From positions 423,868-443,867 of the forward strand of contig JBODTK010000140.1 in the NCBI GenBank assembly GCA_050613775.1: 20,000 nucleotides of DNA, written 5' to 3'. The stretch comes from Neocallimastix sp. 'constans'. Its lineage: Eukaryota. Of the stretch, positions 1-12,878 are shown piece after piece. Both the position numbers and the translations under genes were made by a program. Position 1 is the first letter of the stretch. Each line of letters opens with the position of its first letter. The notes beneath the pieces are model-generated. The model did no database searches. It had not been told where the DNA came from and saw only the letters and a program-made list of their open reading frames with translations.

Positions 1-325
1 TTTTTAGGTTAATAATCAATAGTAAAATTATAATTTGAATTAGAAATTTTAATTATTATTGTTTTATTTTTTAATTTAAATAGAATAATTTGATATTTAT
101 GATAACTAATTAATATGGATTTATATGGTGTTTTAATTTTTGTTTTTTAGAATTAAATATATAATTAAATATTATATATACATATTAAATTAAATTCATT
201 CTAATTAACATATAGAAATTTTCAATTATTAAAAAGTTTTAAAATTTTTATTATTTATTATTTTCTTTATTTATTTATTTATTTATTTTTTTATTTTATA
301 CTATGCTATTCTAAAAGTTAAAAAG

Positions 326-356
<31 letters not shown>

Positions 357-405
357 CCCAAAAAAATCCAAGATTAACTATTTATTAAATGAAAGTTTAT
401 TAATA

Positions 406-421
406 AAAAATAATAATAAAA

Positions 422-460
<39 letters not shown>
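406..460 (+). repeat. (AAAT)n microsatellite
   Basis: About ten tandem AAAT units preceded by AAT units. Confidence 0.9.
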
Positions 461-1940
461 AAAAAACATTCCTTGAATAAATAAAATAAATAAAAATTTA
501 ACAATTTTATTATTAAATACATATATACATTTTAATATTATGAATAGCTTTTTTTCTTTTTTTTTTTAATTTTATCTAAAAAGCTTCAATTAATTAAATA
601 TGATATATAAATATATAATAAATGCATGTCTATAATTTATATATATAGAAATATACATATAATAACAAATTTTTATATATTCACTTATTTATTTTATTTT
701 AAGCTATTATCATAATTAAAAATTTTATTATTTTTAGATTTTATGGAATAATGACAATTAATATTCCAAATAAAAAAAATTTATATATATTAATATTGAA
801 ATCATTTCCATAAAGAATTATTTATTTTTTTTTTTATCAAATATATATATATTAATTTTTTAATTTTTCTTATTTCAATATTTCTAAAATTTAAAAATAA
901 GTCAAAAACAATAATAATGATATATATTTATATATATATATAAATATTTTTTTTTTTTTCAACTGAACTTTCATTATTGATTTATTATTGATAATAATCT
1001 TTTTTTTTTTTTTTAAATTTTTTCTTTAATATGATGTTGTTATTAAAAATATCCATTTTATCCCTTCTCTTTTAATTTTTTAGATATTAATTAAAAATAA
1101 ATGGTATTTTACATATTTATTTAGTAATAATAATTAATAATTAAAATTATAAAAAAAAAATTAAATATTATTTAAATATCATAAATGATTAATAATTAAT
1201 ATTAATATTTTTTTCCTTTTTTTTTTTTTTTTTTTTTTTTTAGTTTTTTTCTTTTTCATATAAATAATTAAATGACTAATATCACTTTATTAAAATAATA
1301 ATTATAATAATAGAAATAGAATATAATATTATATAAAATGGAACTAATAATAATTAACATTGATACATATAAATTCATAATTAATAATTTACCATTAATA
1401 TTTTATTTATATATAAAACACTAATTATAGATTATATTATAAGGAAAAAAGTTTATATAAAAATATTAATCATTATAAAATATGAAAAGAACTACTATTA
1501 AATAATATTACTAAAAATAAAAAATAAAAATAAAATATATATGTAATATATATATATTATTAATTTAATATTAAAAACAATAATAGTAATAATAGAAATA
1601 AAATTTAATTAAAAACAGAAACTTTCAAATTTATAAAAAGCCCACTTTTATTAAAAAAAAATATTTATTTATTTATTTATTTTATTTATTTATTTATATT
1701 ATTTAAATTTTTATATATATTATTATTAATTTGTTTTTATTTATAATAATTAAATTTTAAAATTTTTTTTTAATATTCTTTAATTTTATTTTTTTATTAT
1801 TTTTTTTTATTCGTACTATTAAATAAATGGTTGAATTCTACTAATAAAAAAAAAAATTAAAAATTAAAAATTATTATTACTTTTCTCATAAACTTTATTT
1901 ATATTAAAAATAAAATTTGCATATTCAATGATCTGTTAAA

Positions 1941-1993
1941 AAATAAAAATATAAAAAAAAGTAAAAAAATAAAAATATAAAAAAAAAGTAAAA
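1941..1993 (+). repeat. Two-copy ~27-bp tandem duplication
   Basis: AAATAAAAATATA(A)nGTAAAA repeated twice. Confidence 0.75.
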
Positions 1994-2067
1994 TTTTTTA
2001 TTTTTTTTTTTTTTATTTTAAATTAGTTACATCTATGGAAAAACAGTTTAATGAACATAAAACTTTA

Positions 2068-2390
2068 ATTTTATTTATTATTATTTATTATTTTATTATA
2101 TTTTATTATTTATTTATTATTTATTTATTTATTATTTATTTATTATTATTTATTTATTATTATTTATTTATTATTATTTATTTATTATTATTTATTTATT
2201 ATTATTTAGTATTTATTTATTATTATTTATTATTATTTATTAATTTATTATTATTTATTTATTATTTTTTATTTATTATTTATTATTTATTATTTATTAT
2301 TTATTATTTATTATTATTTATTATTTATTATTTATTGTTTATTATTTATTATTTATTATTTATTATTTATTATTTATTTGTTATTTAGTT
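2068..2390 (+). repeat. Compound (TTA)/(TTTA) low-complexity repeat
   Basis: About 320 bp built almost entirely from TTA and TTTA units. It explains the spurious I/Y/L/F-rich ORF. Confidence 0.9.
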
Positions 2391-2546
2391 AAGTAAATTA
2401 GTTATTTAATGTTTAATGTACAGTTTTAACTATTCCAGTTATTATTAGTCATATTATTTTATTTATTATTATATTAATTACAGGAAAAAAAAAAAAATAA
2501 AGTTCAATTTTATACAGAAATTTTAATTGAATGATCAAATTTAAAG

Positions 2547-2577
<31 letters not shown>

Positions 2578-2725
2578 GCAATATAAAAAGTAAATGATAA
2601 TTAATAATATAAATTAAATATAACAAAAAAAATAAGAAAATAAACAAATAAATATAAGTAAAAAAAAAAAAAAATTCAAATATCTACTTTAATCTATTAC
2701 TATATAATATGATTAAATGTAAAAT

Positions 2726-2756
<31 letters not shown>

Positions 2757-2909
2757 TCAATATATCAATATCAAATCTTTATTATAGCCATTTCCATTAC
2801 CATAATTATTCTCAAAATAAAAAAAGAAACTACTAAAAAAAATCATATAATATTGAATTGTACCAATATAATAAAAATAATATTATAAATATAGAAATTT
2901 CAAATAATT

Positions 2910-2911
<2 letters not shown>

Positions 2912-2951
<40 letters not shown>
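2912..2951 (+). repeat. Poly(T) tract, 40 nt
   Basis: Homopolymer seen directly. Confidence 0.95.
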
Positions 2952-2955
<4 letters not shown>

Positions 2956-3436
2956 ATATATTTGATAATTATTTCTTAAAAAAAAATAATAATAACAAAT
3001 ATTTAAAAAGATTTAAATGGGTCAAAAATATTCATTAAATTACTGTATATCTGATATGATGGGAGAAAAAAATTTTTTTTTGAATTGAAATATAATAATA
3101 TTTAACTATCCTTTAAGCCTCTTTTATTATTAGTAGTTATAATATTTAGTTTTTTTCTATTTTTAATTTATTATTTGTTTTTTTGTTTTTTTTTTTTTTT
3201 TCGTTTTTCTTTGATAAAAATTAAACATAAAAAAAAAAATAGTTAAACAACAAAAATAAAATAAAATAATAAAATAAAATAAAACAATAAAAATAAAAAA
3301 AATTTTATAATACAAATAATTATATATATAAATTTACTTTGAAAGCAGTAGTGAGATGACGTAAAATTTAAGAATTAAAAAAATATTGATATTTCAACTA
3401 TTATATTATAATAAATTTGAAGCAGAAACATAAAAT

Positions 3437-3467
<31 letters not shown>

Positions 3468-6400
3468 AATAAATATAGGTATATATAATAAAATAAAATA
3501 AAAAGAAAATAATTCTAGTCTTAAATCAAATAAAATATTTATAGTCTTAAATAAGATAATTAAACAATGACATGATAATATTGAAATATGAGATTAATAA
3601 TCTATTAAATTATTAATAATAATTAAACATATTTATTAAAAAAAAAAAATCAATAATATTAATTAGCCTTATTTTAGATGTAAATGTAATTTTATTTAAA
3701 TAAAATATTAAAATATTAATAAAATAAAATAAAATAAAATTAAAATAAACTTTTATTTAATATTTAATAATATATATAGAAAATAAATATATAAATAGAA
3801 TTTATTTCAATATATTAATGTTTAAAATTAACATACATTAAAGAAAAAAATTGAAATATTAAATTACTATTATTAAAAATGTTAAATAATAATAAAGAAT
3901 ATGACTGTTGAATTAATTGATTATATATATAGTATATAAAAAAAAATAACATATATTCTAAAAAAGAAAAAAGAAAAATTAAGATATTAAAATTCACAAT
4001 CATCCTTATTGTAAAGGTACCCACTATTAAATCACATCTATTATAAATTATAAACTATATATTAATATCAAACTATTAAAATTAAAAAAAAAAAAAAAGA
4101 TATATATATATTTTTAAAAAAAAATTTCTCAAAAATAAAAAATAAAATAAAATAAAATAATTAAAAATATTAAATAATACTAGTAAAAATAAATATTTTT
4201 TTTAAAGCATATTCATTAAAATAAATAAAAATAAATTGCATAATAAAAGTTATAATAAGATATTAATTTGTTTCGTTTGATTTTTTTTTTCTTTTAATTT
4301 GGAATCACATTATTATTTAATTATATCAAAATAATTAAATTTCAATGAAACTATCAAATAAATTTATCAATATATATCTATATATATAAATTATATATAT
4401 TTTTAAAAATAAAAGATTTCATATCTTTCTATAAAACAATACAAAAATAAATAAATAAATAAATAAATAAATGATAAAAATCATCAATTTTAATTTTTAT
4501 AATATCTTTTTAATAATTTCAATGACGTGATAAAAATAAATAAATAAATAAATAAACCAAAACAATAGTAACTTTTGAAAATAATAAATTTTAAAATAAT
4601 TTTTTTTTTCTTTTTCTTATTCAAAAAATGGGTAATGTGTCCATTAGAAACTAAACTCTAAATTATTTGTTTTTTGTTTTTTGTCTTTCCACTATTATTT
4701 AAATATATATATATATACACAAATTTATTAAAAATAAATAAGTTAACTATATTTATTATTAAAAATAGTAAACACAAGCCAAGAAAAAAATAAATATATT
4801 ACTCTTTTTTTTTTTTTTTTCCTTTTTCCTTTTTATCTTACTTATAATTTAAATAATTATTATTTATTCTTTTTTTTTATTATTATCATTAATTATTGTT
4901 ATTACACTAATAATTAAAATAATTATTTTATCCTTTTTATTATTTATTATTTTTTATTTTAGTTATCTTTACATTTAAAAAAAAAAATTAATTTCTTTTT
5001 CTTAAAAATTTATTTATTATGTATAATAAAGTGGTAATAAAATTATTGCTTAATATGATTTGATTTATTTTATTTTTTATTTATTTTATTTTTTATATGA
5101 TATTACTTTTAATATATGATATTTTTAAATAAATTTTATAATATTCAGAATTTTTTTATATCTAATAAAAGAAAAATTATTTAAAAAAAATTATTATATT
5201 CTTTATATATATATTATTAGTTTAGGAGCTTTTCAAAAAAAAAAAAAAAAATCATCAGTTTTTCATTTTTGAATCTTTTCAATTATAAATTTATTATATA
5301 ATATTAACAAAAAAAATTTTTTTTTATTATTACTATCAAATATTTTCGTTTTTCATTAATATAATATTTATCTCCACCTCCTTGTATAATATTTAATATT
5401 TAAAGAAAAAATAAATAATTTAAGATAAAACAAAATAATTTTATATATATAAATATATCAAAATACAAAAGAAACTCTAACTTAATATAAAATATAAAAA
5501 ATAAAAAAAATAAAGTTTATTATAAATTTAACATTGTATTGATTTAATTATCCATTTCATTCATTAAATTTTATTTCGAATTTATTGACTATAAATTTTT
5601 TTATCTTTTCCAATTTATTATATTATATTCTAATATACCACATTATTCATTAACTTTAATTTTATTTATTAACCTTATTATTTTTTTAATTTATAGAATT
5701 ATTAATTAAATTTTAAAATATAATAATAATATAATATAAATAATATATATAATTATTTAATTTATTAATATAAATTATAAATTATAAATTAAAAAATATA
5801 TATCATATAGATGTTTCTTTTTTTTTTTTTTGGTACAGCTCTAAAAAAAAAAAATTTTAATAAGATTATTTAATCTTTCAATATTCAATTGGATACATAT
5901 TTATTATACATTTAAACTATATAATAATAATTAAAATTTAGTAACACTATTTTTATTTTTTTAAAAAAAAAAAATAAAATAAAATAAAATGTTATTGTTT
6001 CTAATAATTTTAACAATATTAAATGTTTCAGTCTTAATTAAAAAAAATAATAATAATAATAACTTTAATAAAATAAATATAAATATATTAAATCTTAATT
6101 TTTAAAATAAATTTTATTTAAATAGAATTTAAATATTAAAAATTTATTGTATATATCCATAATCTTTTTTTTTTTTTTAAAATTAATGATTACTAAAAAA
6201 AATAAATTTATAAAATAATAATAATAATAATAATAATATAATTAATTATTTTGAAAAAACAATAATTCAATTTATAAAATAATTACTTTAACATACCATT
6301 AAAGAAAATAAAGTAAATAAAGTAAATAAATGATAATAAAAATAGTATTAAAATTAAAATGATACGGTATATAAAATATTATTTTATTTTTTATTTTATT

Positions 6401-7078
6401 TTTTTTATTATTATTTTAAATTTTTTTTCTAAGATTTTAATATTAAATCCAGTAAAATTAAAAAAGAAAAAAGAAAAAAAGAAAACATAAACAAAAGAAT
6501 TTTTGTATAATATTACATATTTAATATTATAAATTTAATCTTTTTTTTTTCCAATATCTTCCCACTATTATAAATATACAATGAATGGATATTTATTGTA
6601 TATTTATATAATAATAAATATCTAAATCTTAATATTTTTTTTTTTTATTATACTAATAATACGATTCCATTAAATTATTTTTTTTCTTTTTCAATCAAAT
6701 TGTTTATTAATTTTAATTTGCATGAAAATAATAAGCTATTATTAACATAAACATATACAAAATTGTATCCATAATAAACAATAATTATAATAATAATAAT
6801 TCAATACATATATCTAACTTTATTACTATTAAAATTCTTTTCTATTAATGAACTTTACTAAGTTTAATAATTCGAAAATTTTGAAATAAAATTATATCAT
6901 ACAAAAGTTAAAAAATAAAAATAATAATAATAATAATAATAATAAAAAATAAAAAATATAAGTAACAAAAAAAGTAAACATTTAATTGACAATTGTTATA
7001 AAATTGACTATAAATTTATAGATAGATAAATATTTTTTTAATATAATTTTATTTTATTTTATTTTATTTTTTATTTAA

Positions 7079-7197
7079 CACAAATTAATATTAATTAAAA
7101 AATATTATTGGTTTGAACTTAATAAATTACAAAAACGGAAATCAGTTAACTTTTAAAATAAAAGTAAAACAATGGAGTTTTAAATAAGAAAATAAAT
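7079..7197 (+). repeat. Diverged direct repeat, copy 1 (~120 bp)
   Basis: Colinear with 7976-8089, sharing the blocks CACAAATTAATATTA, AAAAAATATTATTGGTT, AAAACGGAAATCAGTTAA, AAAACAATGGA and TTTTAAATAAGAAAATAAAT. Confidence 0.9.
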
Positions 7198-7975
7198 TAT
7201 ATATAAATTAGAGTATAAAAAAATTAATAAAAGAATAATTTTTTTTTCATATTATTATATATTTAATATAATTAATATAATCTTTTTTAATATCCATCCA
7301 ATTTTATATATACACCAGTACATCCGTAATATATTTAATAATTATTATTTATCTTTTAATTTTATATAAATACTTCTCAATTTATATATATATATTTTTA
7401 TTAAATACTTTATTAAATTTAATTTATATAAAGATAATTATTATTATTTATTTAACATATATGTAATTGTATCCATATTTAATAATGATATAATAATTAA
7501 ATATATATAAATTTGATATTATTAAATATATAAATTTAATATACTTAAACTTTATTAATAATTAAAAAAAAATGAAATGAAATTATGAATGCAAATATAA
7601 AAAAAAATATATACATATATATATAAAGAATAATAATAATAATTAGTAATAAAATATTTTAAATTTCAAAAAAAAAATAACTTTTTATTATTAATCTATA
7701 AATATTAAAAATTTTAAACTAAAAAATAACAAAAAAAAAAAAATTAATAATTCAAATTTAATTAAATGTATATTATTAGTCATTATTTAAATATTTAATA
7801 TTAATTATTTTATTATGAAAACCAAAATAGAAAAAAAATAAAAAAAAAAATTATTCTTTTTTTTTTTATTTGCTTTATTGTAGCAAATTATACAAAAAAA
7901 TAATAATAATTTTATATATATAATAAATATATGTATATATATAGGGGTTATGGTTATAAAGATTTTTGTATTATC

Positions 7976-8089
7976 CACAAATTAATATTAAAAAAAAAAT
8001 ATTATTGGTTAGAGCTTAATATACCACAAAACGGAAATCAGTTAATTTTAAATAAGGAAAACAATGGAATTTTAAATAAGAAAATAAAT
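7976..8089 (+). repeat. Diverged direct repeat, copy 2
   Basis: Same ordered blocks as 7079-7197, with an exact 18-bp core at 8028-8045 versus 7132-7149. Confidence 0.9.
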
Positions 8090-8856
8090 ATATACATATT
8101 TATATATAATAAAGATTATTTTTATATTTAAAATTAATATTCTATATATTATATAATAAGTTGATCAACTAATTTTATTTAATTCCACAACTCTTGTGTA
8201 CTTTGTTATCCATTTTAAAAAAAAAATAATAATAATAAATAAATATGTATATATATATATACATATATGTATATAATATTATTTTACATAGATAAATTAT
8301 TAATAATTAATAATTAAGAATTACATGTTATTATATAATTAGTATTTATCTTCTATTGTTTCGTTTAATTAAAATATTTGAAATTAATAATAAATTTTAA
8401 GTAATTTTCTGTATTTTTTTTTTTTTATAATCTTGTTAAAAATTTAATACTAAAAGAAAATATATATATATATGAAATTATATATGAAATAATAATATTA
8501 ATTATTATGAATACAATCACACAATCCATAATTACAATAAAATATTATTTACTCTATAAAAGAAATAATAATATTTATCACATATACTAAAAAGGTAAAT
8601 AAATAAATGTTAACGACAAAAATATGAAACAGTAATGATAAATGATAATAGCATTTATTTTATTATATTTAAAATTCCTTAAAAGATAATAAATATATAC
8701 CACAAATACCAATAATAATATATAAAACAATAATAATAGTAATAAAAATAAAAGATAATTTATTATATAATCTCTTATTTATAGTTTCCTATCAAAATTA
8801 AAAGAATTATTTTCTTTTTTTATTTTATGAAGAGTATTATTTTTTTTTTTTTTTGG

Positions 8857-8858
<2 letters not shown>

Positions 8859-8898
<40 letters not shown>
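8859..8898 (+). repeat. Poly(T) tract, 40 nt
   Basis: Homopolymer seen directly. Confidence 0.95.
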
Positions 8899-8899
<1 letters not shown>

Positions 8900-10704
8900 T
8901 ACCTCATATCATTTTATTACATTAAATAATAATAAACTTTTATTTTTTTTTATTTATAATATTTATTTTTTATTTAAATTAAATTCCAAAAATATGAAAA
9001 TATAATTAAAATAAAATTAATTAAATGATTGTTTAACCATACATCTTTAAGTAAATAAAAAAATTTTAAAACCAAATAAACGAATGGTTTGATAATATAC
9101 AAAATAACCATTATAAGATAAAATATGAATATATATGTATATGTATAAAATAAGGTTAAATTTTATTTATTTATTTCTAATAATGACTATAAATTTTATT
9201 ATTTTATAGTTAATCTTAAACAATAGTAATAATAATAATAATAAAATAAAAAAGAAAAATAAATTTAATAATATATTGACTTTTAAATATAACATATATA
9301 TATAAAATTTAATATTATAATTTCTTTTTAAAAATAATATTTTTATTTTCCATTTTATTTGTTCTAATCCTCCGATAAAAATTAAAATTTCCCTAATCCA
9401 TAATATGAAATAATTATTATTAAGCTATTACATATTTTATTAGAATATTTTATTGTAGGATATAAATGAAATTAAAATACTTTTTTTTTTTTTCTTTAAA
9501 TATGTTTAATTATTATTAGTTTTTAAGAAAAATAAAATATTTATTTGATTTTTTTTTTAAAAAAATATAAAGAATATATAGAATTTATTATTATTATTAC
9601 TTTTTTTTTTTTTTTTTTTGTAAAATCTTCATATTTTTAATAATAATGATAATAGAATAGAACAATAATTAAACATTATTAAAAGTTTAATATGAATTTT
9701 GTTTATTAATATTTTATAAAGAAAAATAACAATAATTATACAAAAACAAATAAATATATCAGATGTTAATTTGAACTATTAAAATTTTTAATAAAAAGAA
9801 TTAGTTTTTATATACATTTTAAATAGTAAAACTTTAAATAAAAATATATAAAATAATATTATTATTATATTATTCATAATTTTACTCATTCTTAATATTT
9901 TTTATTAATATTATTATATTTAAATTTAATCTATTGGACAATAATATTGTAAAATATGATTTTTATTTATTTATGTGTAATATTCTTTTTCATTATTAAA
10001 AAAAAAAAAAAGAATAAATTACGGGTCATTAGTTTTAATACTTATTGATAATAAGAAATTTTAATACTAATTTTAATAATTATGTTCATAATAATATTAT
10101 CAAACTATATTATTAAATAATAAAATTTTCTTTTTCTTATTTCCTTTTCCTTTTCTTTTATTTAATTATAGGATAGGTTCTTTTAAAGAATTTTAATTAT
10201 AAAAATGTATATAAAAATCTATATAAAAAAAAGTTTTGATAATAATAATTAAATTTCCAAAAAAAAAAAGAAAAATCAATTTAAAAAAAAATTAATAAAG
10301 TAATTAAATATAGAATAAAATTTAATTTAAAATTTCCTAAATTATATCCATTATAGAAAAATAAAAAAAAAAAAAGTAATTTTTTTTAAGTCTATTTAAT
10401 AATAATTAAAGTTTTAATTAGAGAAAATGAAACAAAAACAAAAACAAAAACAAATAAAAAAAAAAAATGAAAATGAAAAAGATTAAGAAGAACAAATAGG
10501 AATTATCATTATTATTTTAAATTTGAATTAAATGTGATTGATATTAATAAATAAAATTAAAAAACTTCATTTTATTTATTCATTCATTCATTCATTCATT
10601 GGTTTTGGCTTATTATTTATATAATGAAGTAAAATATTAGAACAAACTGTAGGTTATTTGAGTTTGGACTTTATATTCTTTAATTAATGTATTAAATTAT
10701 TTTA

Positions 10705-10940
10705 ATAATAAATAATTAATACTTAAATAATAAATATTAATATATAATTTAATATATACATAATAAATAAACAATTAATAATAATATATAATTTAATAAA
10801 AACATAATAAATAAATAATTAATAATATAATTTAATAAATAAATACTTAAATAAGTACATAAATAATAAATAATAATATATAATTTAATAAATAATAAAT
10901 AATTTAATAAATAATAAATAATTTAATAAATAATAATTTT
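10705..10940 (+). repeat. Degenerate AT-rich minisatellite
   Basis: Recurrent AATAATATATAATTTAATAAA, AATAATAAATAATTTAATA and AATACTTAAATAA units. Confidence 0.7.
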
Positions 10941-11012
10941 AATTAATTTCATAATAATTATAATGGTAATAATGATATAATAAAATTATTTGTTATTACT
11001 TTAAAAATTTCT

Positions 11013-11045
<33 letters not shown>

Positions 11046-12866
11046 TTTGTAAAATAAAGAAAAGAAAGAAAGATCTGAAATGTTGAAAAATTTTTATTTG
11101 TTCTTCCTTAATATAATTTTTTTTATATGGTATTATTAAAATAATTAAAAAAAAATTTTTTTTTTATCTTTTCTTGTTTCCATTTTTTTTAATTTTTTTT
11201 TTTTTTTTTTTTTTTTTTTTGCAATTATATTGATAAAAATGATAAAAAATAAAGTTTGATCTTAATTAAATATTAAAAATTGAAAAATAGATATGCATTA
11301 ATCTATCTATATATATATATATTTTTTTTTTTTTTAAAAAAAAAAAAAAGAATTAAATAATAATAATAAAAAATAATAATATTAAAAGAAAATAGAAAAC
11401 GTCTTTTTTTTTTTTTTTTTTGTTCTATTTATTTTTTTCTTTTGTTATAATTAAAAATTTATTTTTTTAAATGTTCGTTCTTTTTAATTAATATGTATGT
11501 TAATATTGTATTGAAATTTTTAATTTTATAAAATATATACATATATATATGTAGATATTAATGTCAATTAAATAAATTATTAATATGTAATTAATAATTT
11601 TTTTTAAATTAAAATATGATAATATATAATATTAATAGATTAAGAATATATTAAATTTATATATAAAGTCATAATGATTTATTTAATATTTATTTAATAT
11701 TTGTAAAACTTTTTTTTTTTATGACAATAATATTTTTAATTAATAATTTCTATCATTATTACTATTAAGAATGATAAAAATAATAAATAGCTTTCTTTTA
11801 ATAATCATTAAGAAGTCTTGATGGATTTTCCATCTCGCAAGAAAGTATGTAATATATAGAGTAGATTAAGCCTTCTTATATCTAACAAATAATTGATATT
11901 TTCACTATAAAACTAGATTACCACGTCAAAAATTTCTAATGTTGTTTCAACTTTAACTGATATTGATATAGATTTCTAAATATATATATATATATATTTT
12001 TTTTTAATTTATACTTTTTAAAATAAAAAAATTTAATTATATTTTATAAAGTGATTTTATTTATTTATTGATATAAATATTGAAATTAGATATAATATTT
12101 TTATACTATGTTATTACAGAATTCATAATTTATCTATTTTATTTCTGATATATATATACTTTTTTTTTTTTTTTTTTTTTTTTTGATATATATATATATT
12201 TTTTTCAATATTTAAATTAAAAGGTATAGTTTGTCAAATATCAAAAAATTTAGTATAATTAAATATATGTATATATAGAGTAAGATAAAAAAAATAATAA
12301 ATAATATAAAAATATTTTATCAATAATAATACTTCTAATAGTAGTAATAAAAACAACTGTATAATAATTGATAGTGTAATAATTTGTGTAGTATGGTTGT
12401 AACAAATAAAAAGAAATATATATATATTTTCTTATTTACTCTTATACTATAAAAAAATTAATAATATACTATTTTTATTTTTAAGTTTCTATTTTTTTTT
12501 TTTTTTTTGAAAATTACTTTTTTTAATTGATAAATTAAGATGCAGAGTGTCTAACAAAATGAAAGAAATCAGATATATATATTTTATATTAATGTAAAAT
12601 AATTTTATATAGTATATTCATTATCAAATCTTATTTTCTTTTGATTCTTATTAATTATTAAGAAACATTTATTTCCATTAAATAACTATAACATTTTTTT
12701 TAATTTTTTTTTACTTTATTTACTATTATATCATATGTCGTATATTACTATTAATTTTTAAATATTTTAATTCTTTAAATGTTACTTCAGTTGTCTTTTT
12801 TTTTTTTTTTTTTTTTTTATATTAATAATTTTAATTAAATATAGAACTACCTAAAAAAAAAAATAA

Positions 12867-12878
12867 ACTAAAATAATT
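12867..12878 (+). repeat. Target-site duplication, left copy (ACTAAAATAATT)
   Basis: Directly abuts the poly(T)/poly(A) tail and is identical to 13383-13394. The last two T's could belong to either the TSD or the tail. Confidence 0.8.

Noticed and set aside
2035..2388. 117-aa ORF
   Set aside because: It is the translation of a TTA/TTTA repeat (almost only I, Y, L and F) and has no coding complexity.
3815..4024. 69-aa minus-strand ORF (likewise 14255-14470 and 16166-16378)
   Set aside because: These are short F/I/L/Y/K/N-biased translations of low-complexity AT DNA.
7931..8131. 66-aa ORF overlapping repeat copy 2
   Set aside because: The paralogous copy at 7079-7197 is frameshifted and stops, so the frame is not conserved.
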